From an uncultured Gammaproteobacteria bacterium (GTDB taxonomy: Bacteria; Pseudomonadota; Gammaproteobacteria; Granulosicoccales; Granulosicoccaceae), in NCBI GenBank assembly GCA_963833195.1, contig CAWHXF010000014.1, positions 32,825 to 96,824 of the forward strand: 64,000 bases of DNA. Reading direction: 5' to 3'. The first letter of the stretch is position 1. Every line of letters begins with the position of its first letter. Below the pieces are notes generated by a model. That model worked only from the letters and a program-made list of their open reading frames with translations, searched no databases and was not told where the DNA came from. Shown here piece after piece: positions 29,101 to 39,030 of this stretch. Made by a program: the position numbers and the translations under genes.

Positions 29101-30171
29101 CAGGACCGCTCCCGCGTCGACCAGGACTGGGTCAGGCTGATGGCCAGCACGACGAGGAACAGGATCACCGAGAGGGTGGACCCACCGGAGATGTCCTGCT
29201 TGCCGTAGCCCCGCTCGACGGTCTGGAAGACCAGCGTCTGCGTCGAGTCGAGCGGCCCGCCGTTCGTCATCACGTCGATCTGCGCGAAGACCGCGAAGGA
29301 CTGCATCGTGATCACGATCAGAACGAGCACGGCCGTGTTCCGCAAGCCCGGCCACGTGATGTAGCGGAAGGTCTGCCACTTCGACGCGCCCTCGATCTCG
29401 GCCGCCTCGTACAGCGTGGGCGATACGGTCTGGAGCCCTGCGAGCCAGATCACCATGTGAAAGCCCACGGCCTGCCAGACCGACATGGCCATGATCGACG
29501 GCAGCGCGGTATCGGTCCGCCCGAGCCAGTCGATCGGCTCCCAGGCGCCGAAGCTCAGGCCGGGCGAGAAGTTCGTTCAGCAGTCCGTCCTCACCGTCGT
29601 AGATGAAGCGCCAAAGCAGCGAGACGACGACGATCGAGATCACCACCGGCATGAAGTACACGGCGCGAAAGGCGTTGACCCCCCGCAGGCGCTGGTTGAC
29701 CAGCAGCGCGAGGCACAGCGCGAGGCCCGCCTGCACGGGCGCCACGACGAGCACGAACAGGATCGTGTTGAGCAGCGCGCGCAGGAAGACGACGTCGCGG
29801 GCGATCACGACCCTGACATCGTCTCCGGACTGCCAGCGGAACCACTCGCGCATGCCTCGGTATTGCGGTGTGTCCGGACTGCGGGTGACGGTGCGGACGC
29901 GCGGATACTCGATGGCGCCGCCGTCGTTCCGCACGATGGCACCGTCCGCGTCGCGCTCGGCTTCGAGCGTGATGACGCGCACGTCGAGCAAGTCGCGGTA
30001 GTTCTCCAACCCGACGAAGCGGGTGGGGTTCGGCGAGACGAGCCGCTGATCGGTGAGCGAGAGGTAGAACGCGAAGAAGAACGGCAGGATGATGAACGCC
30101 GCGATCAGCCCGAACCCGGGGATCGCGAACGCCCAGCCCGCGCGGTTCGACGTGGTCAGCTTCGATGCCAT
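29100..30171 (-). CDS. Sugar ABC permease, one frameshift near 29560
   Basis: FRAVYFMPVV, LAGLQ..LYEAAEIEGA..FRYITWP (EAA loop). Confidence 0.85.
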
Positions 30172-30220
30172 GCCTGGCCCCTTCGTGGAGAAAGGGGGCC
30201 GCGGAAGGGCCCCCCGCGGG

Positions 30221-31487
30221 TCACATCTCGTGACCGTAGCCCTGGTTGGCCTCTATGTCGGAATCGATCTCGTCCACGGCCGCATCGAGCGAGTCCTGCA
30301 CGTCGGCGCCGTTCGCGATGTCGGCCAGCGCCTTCTCGAAGACCTTCGCCGCGACTACGTAGCCGGGCGTCACGGGACGCACGAGCGCCTGATTCTCGGA
30401 GAGCTCGAAGAACACCTCCAGCGGGCCGCCCTCGCTGTAGGTCTCGGTCATCGCCGCCGCCTCGGGGGTCGCGGGAATCAGGCCGGTGGTCTCGGCGAAG
30501 GCGGCGAGGAACTCCGGCTGCAGTGCGAACTCGATCCACGCGGTCGCCCCTTCGGGATGCTCGCAGGTGCCCGAAACGCCGAACTGCCACGACGCCGCGC
30601 CGATCACGTTGCCTGCGCCGAAGTCCGGCGCCGGCAGGAACACCACGTCCTCGACCGCCTCGAGCGTCGCGGCCGCGGCCCAGTTGCCGTTCCAGGCGAA
30701 GGCATACTTCCCGTCGTTGAAGCCCGCGTCGCGGTCGGCCGGGTCCTGGCTGGTGCCCGGCGCGTAGCCCTCCTCGAAGAGCGATTGCCACCAGGTGCCG
30801 AACTCGAGCGCGGCCTCGCCGTTCAGCACGCCCTCGGCCGAGGCGTAGGTCTCGCGGTCCACGAGATCACCGCCGAAGGACTGCAGCAGCGGCGAGAAGG
30901 CGTAGGGATACCACTCGCCGGTCCAGGCCAGACCCGGGTCGAGCGCGTACTCGTAGTCCCCGCCGTCGCGCGCCGCGTCGAGGGCTGCCATGAACTCCTC
31001 ACCGGTCCAGGGCGCCTCGACCGTGGGCGTGCGCAGGTTCCAGGCGTCGAGATCGGACTGCCGCGCGAAGATCGCGACCGCCGCGTCCCACAGGCCGATC
31101 GAGTAGAGCTCGTCGTTCCACACCCCCTTGGTGCCGGGCAGGAAGTCGGCCACGCGCTCCTCCTCGAACGGCAGCGGCTGCAGGTAGCCCGACCACGCCC
31201 AGTTCGGCATCACGGGTCCGTCCACGTCGAGGATGCAGGGCAGGTCGCCGGCGAGCGCCGCGGCCGCCGCCGAGTCGTTGTAGCTTTCCTGCGGGAAGCT
31301 CTCGACCACGACCTCCCACTCGTCCTGGGAGGCGTTGAAGTCGGTGACGATCCGGTCGAGCGTCTCGGCCTCGCCGCGGTTCCCCGCCCCGTGGTACCAC
31401 ATGCCCACCTCGGTCTGCGCCCAGGCGCTCCCCGCCATCGTCGCCAGGGGGGGTGGCGAGGGCGGTCGCCATCAACAGTCTCTTCAC
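30221..31487 (-). CDS. Sugar ABC substrate-binding protein; homopolymer frameshift in the signal peptide
   Basis: GAGGAG RBS, GTG at 31487 (MKRLLMATALAT..AWA), extra base in the G7 run near 31450; family 1 SBP features. Confidence 0.85.
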
Positions 31488-31497
31488 GTCTGTCTCC

Positions 31498-32544
31498 TCA
31501 TGTCTGTCTGCCTTGGGTCGGGTCCCTTGTCAGGACGGAGGCGCGGGGCACGACGCCGCCGCGCACGAGGACGGGCTCGGCGGGTGCCGACTCGCCCTCG
31601 ATCATTGAACGGAGGATGTCCGCGGCCGCGGCGCCCATGGCCGCGTAGGGCAGCTCGGCCGTGGTCAGAGGCGGGTAGAGCATCTCGGAGATGACGCGGT
31701 GGTCGTCGTAGCCCGCGACGCTGACGTCCTCGGGCACCGACACGCCCATGGAGCGCAGGATCCCGTAGAGGCGCATGGCCATGCCGTCGTTACCGCACAG
31801 GATGCAGGTCGGCGGATCGGGCAGCGCAACGAGCCGGACCGCGGCGTCGCGCATCGAGCCCTCGCCCCCTTCGGCGTCCGGGGCCACGAGAGCGGGGTCG
31901 TCGGCGATGCCGGCCTCGGCGAGCGCCCGCCGGTGCCCGCGCAGCCGCAGATCGGTGGCCCGGAGAGACGGGGTCAGCGTTAGGTAGGCGATGCGGCGGT
32001 GCCCCCGCGCCGTCGCCCAAGCGGTCAGCCCGGCCTGCCCCGCCTCGTCGTCGGGCACGACCGAGGGGACGCCGAGACAGAAGCCGTTCGCCAGGACGAG
32101 CCGCTCGGAGAGCGCGACGTCCGGTACCTCCACGCACTGGTGGTGGTCGGCCACGTGGATCAGCCCCTCGACCCGGTGCTCGGCGAAGGTCGCCATCAGG
32201 TGCGGCACCCGCTCCTCGCGCCCACCCGTGTCGGCGGTTATCAGCGTGAAGCGCGTTCCGTCGAAGGCGCGCTGCGCGGCCTGGACGATGAGGCGCGCGG
32301 GCAGTCCCCCCGGCGTCGCGCGCTCCGGCGCCCCGGAAAGCGCACCGGTGATGACCCCGATCAGTCCGCTCCTGCGGGAGCGCATGGACCGGGCTGCCGA
32401 CGAGGGCACGTAGCCGAGGACGTCCATGGCCAAGCGCACCGCCTCGCGCGTCTCGACGCGCACCGGGGCGTCGCCGTTCAGCACGCGGCTGACCGTCTTC
32501 GGCGAGACCCGTGCGGTGCGTGCGACATCGTAGATCGTCGGCAT
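31498..32544 (-). CDS. LacI-family regulator
   Basis: MPTIYDVARTARVSPKTVSRVLN; VPEDVSVAGYDD. Confidence 0.93.
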   Translation of the reverse strand: MPTIYDVARTARVSPKTVSRVLNGDAPVRVETREAVRLAMDVLGYVPSSAARSMRSRRSGLIGVITGALSGAPERATPGGLPARLIVQAAQRAFDGTRFTLITADTGGREERVPHLMATFAEHRVEGLIHVADHHQCVEVPDVALSERLVLANGFCLGVPSVVPDDEAGQAGLTAWATARGHRRIAYLTLTPSLRATDLRLRGHRRALAEAGIADDPALVAPDAEGGEGSMRDAAVRLVALPDPPTCILCGNDGMAMRLYGILRSMGVSVPEDVSVAGYDDHRVISEMLYPPLTTAELPYAAMGAAAADILRSMIEGESAPAEPVLVRGGVVPRASVLTRDPTQGRQT

Positions 32545-32590
32545 CGATCCTCCCCGGCCGGTAGCCCTGTACCGTGCGTGCGATACCACG

Positions 32591-32606
32591 ATGACACCGA
32601 TGTCAT
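32591..32606. promoter_or_regulatory. LacI-type operator
   Basis: ATGACACCGATGTCAT, a near-perfect palindrome with central CG upstream of the lacI gene. Confidence 0.65.
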
Positions 32607-32829
32607 TCGGCTGTCAACGTCATTGGGCGAACGGCAGGAAGGCGACCGTTCCGCCGCGTTGTCGATGCGTAGTCAGACACGCCCTCATAGCCCGCCGCGA
32701 CGCGCACGCTCGACCGGCGGCCACGTCGGTGACTGCCGCCCGTTCGCCCGAGCGCGGGTGTCCGGCCGTCGCGCGACTGCGTTGAGAGTCCGGCTCGAGT
32801 AGGCCCTGGTCGTCGCATCGGGGAAGAGT

Positions 32830-33120
32830 TCATTGGCGATGTCGATCGGCCAGGCGCCGGGAGGCGTTGATGCGCTACGTCGATGGCGGGTTGATCGAGA
32901 CCGACGACGACGCGGCCGAGCGCGAGATCCGACCGATGGTTCTCGGTCGACACTGCCTGTTCGCGGGCTCGGATGCAGGCGGCGAGCGCACGACGATGCG
33001 GTACAGGTTGCTGAACACGGCAAAGCTGAACGAGCTCCACCCGGAAGGCCGCCCGCGCGACGTACTCGCACGGATCGTCGGTCACCCGGTGAACCAGATC
33101 GGGGAGCCATTGCCGTGGCG
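32830..33120 (+). pseudogene. IS66 transposase (TnpC) C-terminal relic
   Basis: RYVDGGLIETDDDAAEREIRP..LGR..LFAGSDAGGER..TAKLN..HPVNQI..LPW. Confidence 0.85.
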
Positions 33121-33565
33121 ATCGGTGGAGGCGACCGAGCCGGTCAGCAGCCAGATCTCTCGTCCGTCGATCGGGGTGCTGGCCGTACGCCCATGCTCGG
33201 TGCGATCAAGATCGATGCAGCATGTCGCGCTGCTCAAACGCTCCGACAGATCTCTGCCACACGTGTTGGCCGCGCCGCAAGTGTGTCACAGGGCGTTCGG
33301 GGGAGCCGGTTCACCGTAGCGGGGGCAAGCTCGGCACCAGTGTGTTGCCGTAAATAGCTAGGGTGGCGTGCTTGTATTATTTAACACAATGGTTCTAGGG
33401 CGCATTTCATGACACACACATGACGTGTCATGTCACGTCAGCTGCGCAGAGATACGGGTTAGAGAATACAGTGGTGTCCCAGAACGATGTGCCGCTGCAC
33501 TTTGTGATGCGTTCACTTTCGATTGCCCTCCCGGCTGACGAGCGCTTGTCGTGCCCGCATGGGGG

Positions 33566-34591
33566 TCAGGGCGCCTTCCCGGTCGACCTCCCCAACACCA
33601 GCCGCGGCGCGAGCTCGATGCGTACCGGCTCGTCCCCTTGCTCCACAAGGCCCTCCAATCGATCGATCAACCGATCGGTCGCCGCCCTCGCCATCGCTTC
33701 GAGCGGCTGAGCGACGTGGGTGAGCGCGGGTTCGATCAGCGCACCCCAGGGCAGCGAGTCGATGCCCGCGAGCGAGACGTCCTCGGGGCAACGCAGCCCG
33801 AGGTGGCGGATCGCGCGCAGCGCCCCGAGTGCGCTGACGTTGTTCGCGGCGACGACAGCGCTCGGCCGATCGGGTCCGCGCAGGAGCTCCAGGCAGCCCT
33901 CGAACGAGGCGGCCTCGAGAAACTGCCCATCCACGATCATCGAGTCGGGCAGCGCTAGCCCCGCGGTCCGGAGCGCGTCGCGGACCCCATCCAGCCGAGC
34001 CTCGGCGGTCCACAACCCGTGCCGACCGGCCACGTGCGCGATGCGCCGGTGGCCGAGCCCGACGAGGTGCTCGACCAGCAGACGCGCGGCCTTGGTGTTG
34101 TCGAGCCCGACGTGATCGCGCACCGGCCCGTGGGCGCGCTGGTCCAGGAAGACGATGTCGAGGCGCATGCGCGCGAGCGCCTCGCCGTGCGCGGCGAGAT
34201 CGCTCGCCGGAACCAGCAGCGCTCCTCGGATGCGCATCGCGGCGAAGCGCTCGAGCAGCCGCATCTCGCGCTCCACGTCCTCGTCGCTGGTGCCCACCAG
34301 CAACAGGTGACCCCGTTCCAGCGCACGCGCCTGCACGGCCGCCTGGATCGCCCCGGTGTGGGGGTTTCGCATCTCGCTCGTCACGAGCCCGATCAGGTCG
34401 CTCCGGCCCGTGGCCAGGCTCTTGGCCAGCGCATTCGGCGCGTAGCCGATCTCGGCGGCGACGGCCGCGACGCGCTCACGGGTGGCGAGCGCGACCCGAC
34501 CGGGGTCGCTGAACGCAAGCGAAGCGGTCGACTTGGCGACCCCCGCTTGGCGGGCAACCTCCAGCAGCGTTGGATGAGCGTTTGTCGTCAT
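33566..34591 (-). CDS. LacI-family regulator
   Basis: TLLEVARQAGVAKSTAS; IGYAPN; CPEDVSLAGID. Confidence 0.92.
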   Translation of the reverse strand: MTTNAHPTLLEVARQAGVAKSTASLAFSDPGRVALATRERVAAVAAEIGYAPNALAKSLATGRSDLIGLVTSEMRNPHTGAIQAAVQARALERGHLLLVGTSDEDVEREMRLLERFAAMRIRGALLVPASDLAAHGEALARMRLDIVFLDQRAHGPVRDHVGLDNTKAARLLVEHLVGLGHRRIAHVAGRHGLWTAEARLDGVRDALRTAGLALPDSMIVDGQFLEAASFEGCLELLRGPDRPSAVVAANNVSALGALRAIRHLGLRCPEDVSLAGIDSLPWGALIEPALTHVAQPLEAMARAATDRLIDRLEGLVEQGDEPVRIELAPRLVLGRSTGKAP

Positions 34592-34717
34592 GAGGGTCCG
34601 GGGAAGGCGTCAGGTTCGCTCCGACCAGTGCCGGTACGTTCGAGTCTCCCCGTCGCTCGCGAAATACGGGGATACCTGCCCATGATGCATCGTCACGAAA
34701 GATGTGCGAAGCTGGAG

Positions 34718-34731
34718 TCGAACCGGTTCGA
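34718..34731. promoter_or_regulatory. LacI-type operator
   Basis: Perfect palindrome TCGAACCGGTTCGA between the divergent lacI and ABC operon. Confidence 0.7.
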
Positions 34732-34788
34732 TTCGTTCGGACGAACCCTTCGCCGGTCCTGACACTAGCCACGGAGAACGCCTCCACC

Positions 34789-36075
34789 ATGAAGCCGACG
34801 CACCGAATCGCGGCTCTCGCCGCCCTTACCTCGTCGTTGTGCGCCCTCGCCGGCACCGCCGCGGCCGAGGACGTGCAGGTCAAGTTCTGGTCCCTGAAGA
34901 ACCCCGGCTTCGCCGAGTTCGTCGAGCTAGCCAAGGCGTCCTTTGCCGAGAAGCATCCCGATGTCGCGATCGTGTTCGAGGACTTCCCGAACGAGGCCTA
35001 CAAGACCGCGATCCAGGTCGCGTTGACGGGATCCGACGGCCCGGACGCGTTCTACAACTGGGTCGGCGAAGACTCCGCCCGGTTCGTGCGCGACGGGCTC
35101 GCTCTCGACATCAGCGACTACGGCAAGGAGGCTGACGGGTTCCAGAGCGTGCTGAGCGACGGCTGGCTGTCGGCGATGACCTACGACGACAAGCTATACG
35201 GCGTGCCCGTCGAGGCGGTGTCGAAGTTCTTCTACTACTCGGTGCCCTACTTCGAGAAGCACGACCTCGAGGTGCCAACGAGCTTCGACGGGGTGATCGA
35301 GACCTGCAAGGCGATCCGAGGAATCGACCCCGACACCGTGCCTCTCCCTCTCGGCAACTCCGAGCGTTGGAAGGTCAACCACTACATCACGATGCTCAAC
35401 GAGCGCGTGCTGGGCCACGAGCAGACGACCGACGACTACGACCTGTCGGCCGCCGACGACGAGCTGTTCGCCGACCCGGGCTTCGTGACCGCCTGGGAGA
35501 AGCTCTTGCAGATGCAGGCGGCCGGCTGCTTCCAGGACGCGCCGAACGCGACCAGCCCCGAGATCTCGCGCGCGATGTTCTCGGCCGGCGCCTCGCCGAT
35601 GATCTACTGCGGCTCGTGGTGCGCCGGCATCTTCGACGGCGACGGATTCACCGATTACGGCATGTTCCGCATGCCCGCGATGGCCGACGGCACCGGGGAC
35701 GCGAGCACGAACTTCGTGCTCGTCCAGGGCTATCAGGTTTCGGCGAAGACCGAGCACCCCGAAGAAACGGTCGCCTGGCTGAGCCACCTCGTCTCCGCCG
35801 AGACAGCGCTCGCGTTCGCCGAGACCCAGCAGCGTCTGCCCTCGAACCCCGAGCTCCTCGAGTCCTCCGACAGCTTCAGCGGCCAGTTCAAGTGGATCGC
35901 CGCGGACGTCAGCTCGGTCTCGGCCCCGATCAATGTGCTCGACGTGCTGCTCGAGAACAGCGTCTCGGAAGCCTACCTCGACGCAGGCGTCGAGATCCTG
36001 AACGGCACGATGACCCCAGACGAGGCGATGGCCAAGATCCGCGACACCGCGCTCGAGGCAAAGGCGAAGCTCTGA
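34789..36075 (+). CDS. Sugar ABC substrate-binding protein
   Basis: Signal peptide (AAA-E); family 1 SBP motifs GPDAFYNW and KLYGVP. Confidence 0.88.
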   Translation: MKPTHRIAALAALTSSLCALAGTAAAEDVQVKFWSLKNPGFAEFVELAKASFAEKHPDVAIVFEDFPNEAYKTAIQVALTGSDGPDAFYNWVGEDSARFVRDGLALDISDYGKEADGFQSVLSDGWLSAMTYDDKLYGVPVEAVSKFFYYSVPYFEKHDLEVPTSFDGVIETCKAIRGIDPDTVPLPLGNSERWKVNHYITMLNERVLGHEQTTDDYDLSAADDELFADPGFVTAWEKLLQMQAAGCFQDAPNATSPEISRAMFSAGASPMIYCGSWCAGIFDGDGFTDYGMFRMPAMADGTGDASTNFVLVQGYQVSAKTEHPEETVAWLSHLVSAETALAFAETQQRLPSNPELLESSDSFSGQFKWIAADVSSVSAPINVLDVLLENSVSEAYLDAGVEILNGTMTPDEAMAKIRDTALEAKAKL

Positions 36076-36115
36076 GGACCGTCCGACCGAGCGGGGCAAC
36101 GAGGAACGCGACGCG

Positions 36116-37030
36116 ATGAGCGCGACGGGCGGAACGATCGCGAGCGCGGCGCGCGGGGCACGCCCGTCGACGGGGCGCGCGGCCTACGCGCTGATGCTTG
36201 CCCCGGCGCTGCTCCTGCTCGCGGTGTTCGTGTTCGTGCCGGTGCTGCTCGTGCTCTACGGCTCGTTCTTCGAGTTCGGGCTGACGAGCACCGAGTGGAG
36301 CTTCGTCGGGCTCGCGAACTACGCCCGCGCGTTCGCGGACCCCGTGTTCTGGACGGCGCTGAAGAACAACCTGTTCATCGTCGTCGGCTCGATCGTGCTG
36401 CACGTCGGCGTCGGCACGCTGCTGGCCGCCGCGCTCGATCGCGGCATCACGGTCGGCGGCACGCTGATGCGCACCATTATCTTCGCACCGATGGTCGTCT
36501 CCTCGGTCGCGGTCGGCATCGTGTGGCTGATCGTGCTCGATCCGAACGTCGGGCCGATGAACGCACTGGTCAAGGCCGTCGGGCTCGACCCGCCGCGGCT
36601 CGGCTGGCTGGGGGATCCCGCGATCTCGATCTGGGTCGTGCTCGGCATCGCGACCTGGCAGTACACCGGCTTCATGATGGTGCTCATCCTGGCAGGGCTT
36701 CAGGGCGTGCCGAAGGAGGTTTACCAGGCCGCCGCGCTCGACGGCGCCACTGGGCTGCGCGCGTTCTGGCACATCACCCTGCCCTCGATCCGGAACGTGC
36801 TGATCGTGGCGGTGCTGATCACGACCATCGGCGGCATCAAGGTGTTCGACCTGATCTATGTGACGACCCGCGGCGGGCCCGCGAACGCCACGCAGGTGCT
36901 CGGCACCTACATCTACCAGCAGGGTTTCACGCTCGGCAACATGGGCTACGCGGACACGATCTCGGTGTTCCTGCTGACCATCGCGGTCGCGCTCGGTGCG
37001 CTGCAGCTCAAGGTCTCGAGACGCGCCTGA
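36116..37030 (+). CDS. Sugar ABC permease
   Basis: LAGLQGVPKEVYQAAALDGA..FWHITLP. Confidence 0.92.
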   Translation: MSATGGTIASAARGARPSTGRAAYALMLAPALLLLAVFVFVPVLLVLYGSFFEFGLTSTEWSFVGLANYARAFADPVFWTALKNNLFIVVGSIVLHVGVGTLLAAALDRGITVGGTLMRTIIFAPMVVSSVAVGIVWLIVLDPNVGPMNALVKAVGLDPPRLGWLGDPAISIWVVLGIATWQYTGFMMVLILAGLQGVPKEVYQAAALDGATGLRAFWHITLPSIRNVLIVAVLITTIGGIKVFDLIYVTTRGGPANATQVLGTYIYQQGFTLGNMGYADTISVFLLTIAVALGALQLKVSRRA

Positions 37031-37857
37031 TGCTCGAGGCCCGACGCTTTCGCGCGACGAGCCTCGTGCTGTACGGCTTCGTCGGGCTGTGGAGCCTGGT
37101 CGTGCTGCTGCCCATCGCCTACATGCTGATGGCGGCCTTCAAGACGCGCTCGGAGATGTTCATGCAGCCGCTCGCGCTGCCCTCGAGTTTGTCGCTCGAC
37201 AGCTTCGAGCGGGCCTGGGGGGTCGGTGTCGGGACCTTCGTCGGCAACTCCCTGTTCGTGACGTTCCTGTCGGTGGTCGTGATCGTGGCGCTAAGTGGCT
37301 TGGCGGCCTATGCGCTCGTGCGGCTGGAGGGCACGTTGGCGCGGGTGCTGTACCTGGCGATCGTCGCGGGCTTCGCAATCCCGGTACAGGCCGTGCTCGT
37401 GCCTGTGTTCCAGACGATGGCCTCGGCAGGGCTGCTGAACTCGCGCCTCGCGCTCGTGCTGCCCTACACCGCCTACGGCATCCCGTTCACGGTGATCCTC
37501 TTCTACGCGTTCTTCCTCGACTTTCCGAAGGAACTGGAAGAGGCGGCGCGGCTCGACGGCTGCGGCCGGTTCGCGACGTTCACGCGCGTGATCCTGCCCC
37601 TATCGGGCCCGGCCATCGCCAGCGCCGCGATCTTCCAGTCGGTGTTCATCTGGAACGAGTTCATCCTGGCGCTGCTGATCCTGACCCGACCCGCCTCGAA
37701 GACGCTGCCCGTGGGGATTCTGGAGCTGCAGGGCGAATTCACCTCCGACTGGCCGGCCGTCATGGCCGGGCTCGCCATCGCGACGCTGCCGCTGCTCGTC
37801 GTGTTCGTGCTGGCGCAGAAGTGGTTCGTCAGAAGCCTTGCGGGGCTCGGCAAGTGA
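37030..37857 (+). CDS. Sugar ABC permease
   Basis: PKELEEAARLDGC..FTRVILPL; WNEF; TGATG coupling to the previous gene. Confidence 0.92.
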   Translation: MLEARRFRATSLVLYGFVGLWSLVVLLPIAYMLMAAFKTRSEMFMQPLALPSSLSLDSFERAWGVGVGTFVGNSLFVTFLSVVVIVALSGLAAYALVRLEGTLARVLYLAIVAGFAIPVQAVLVPVFQTMASAGLLNSRLALVLPYTAYGIPFTVILFYAFFLDFPKELEEAARLDGCGRFATFTRVILPLSGPAIASAAIFQSVFIWNEFILALLILTRPASKTLPVGILELQGEFTSDWPAVMAGLAIATLPLLVVFVLAQKWFVRSLAGLGK

Positions 37858-37879
37858 CTGAGAGCGGGACGACGGCACC

Positions 37880-39004
37880 ATGAGTGAGCTGATCATCCGT
37901 GGCGTGCGCCGCGCCTATGGCAGCGTCGAGGTCCTGAAGGGGATCGATCTGGAGATCGCCGACGGCGAATTCGTCGTGCTGGTCGGACCCTCCGGGTGTG
38001 GCAAGTCGACACTGCTGCGCACCGTTGCGGGCCTGGAGCCCGTGAACGCAGGCTCCATCCACGTTGCCGGGCGCGACGTCACGGGCGAAGAGCCCTCGAA
38101 GCGCGGCGTGGCGATGGTGTTCCAGAACTACGCGCTGTACCCGCACATGGACGTCGCCGGCAACATGGGCTTCGGGCTGAAGATGGCGGGCACCCCGGCG
38201 ATGCGCATCCGCGAGGCGATCGGGCGCGCCGCCGAGACCTTGGGGATCGACGCGCACCTAGCCAAGCGCCCCGTCGCGCTTTCGGGCGGGCAGAAGCAGC
38301 GCGTCGCGATCGGGCGCGCGATCACCCGCAGCCCCGAGGTGTTCCTGTTCGACGAGCCGCTGTCGAACCTCGACGCCGCACTCCGGACGCGCATGCGCGT
38401 CGAGCTCGGGCGGCTGCATAACGAGCTCAAGGCGACGATGGTCTACGTCACCCACGATCAGATCGAGGCGATGACGATGGCGGACCGCATCGTCGTGCTT
38501 TCCGAGGGGCGGGTGGAGCAGGTCGGCGAGCCGCTCGAGCTCTACCACCGGCCGATCAACCGCTTCGTCGCGGGCTTTCTCGGCTCCCCCCGCATGAACG
38601 TGATCGACGTGTCCGTCGCGCGGCGCGACGGCGCAGCCGTCGAGATCGACCACCCCGTCCTCGGCGCACTGCGCTTCGGCCTCCGCGCCGACTCGGGCGA
38701 CGGGCTCGATCCCGGTGACCCGGTAGCCCTCGGCGTACGCCCCGAGGCATTCGGCGACGGCCCCGTGGAGATCGACGTCACCGCGCGCGTGGTCGAGAAC
38801 CTCGGCCGCGAGACGCTGCTGTACGGCACGGCGGACGGTCTCGTCACGAGTGAGAGCGACGCGGTGGACGGGGACATCGTCGCGCAGCTACCGCGCAACG
38901 CCCGGCTGCGCGCCGGCGACCGCGCACGGCTGCATCTGGACCCTGCCGCGCTGTGCCTGTTCGACGCGCGCGGCACGACCCGCGCGTTCGCCTCCCGAGC
39001 CTGA
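37880..39004 (+). CDS. Sugar ABC ATPase (MalK/UgpC family)
   Basis: GPSGCGKST, LSGGQKQR, FDEPLSNLD, YVTHDQ. Confidence 0.95.
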   Translation: MSELIIRGVRRAYGSVEVLKGIDLEIADGEFVVLVGPSGCGKSTLLRTVAGLEPVNAGSIHVAGRDVTGEEPSKRGVAMVFQNYALYPHMDVAGNMGFGLKMAGTPAMRIREAIGRAAETLGIDAHLAKRPVALSGGQKQRVAIGRAITRSPEVFLFDEPLSNLDAALRTRMRVELGRLHNELKATMVYVTHDQIEAMTMADRIVVLSEGRVEQVGEPLELYHRPINRFVAGFLGSPRMNVIDVSVARRDGAAVEIDHPVLGALRFGLRADSGDGLDPGDPVALGVRPEAFGDGPVEIDVTARVVENLGRETLLYGTADGLVTSESDAVDGDIVAQLPRNARLRAGDRARLHLDPAALCLFDARGTTRAFASRA

Positions 39005-39030
39005 GCCGCCCTACCCCCGTCACCGCCCCC

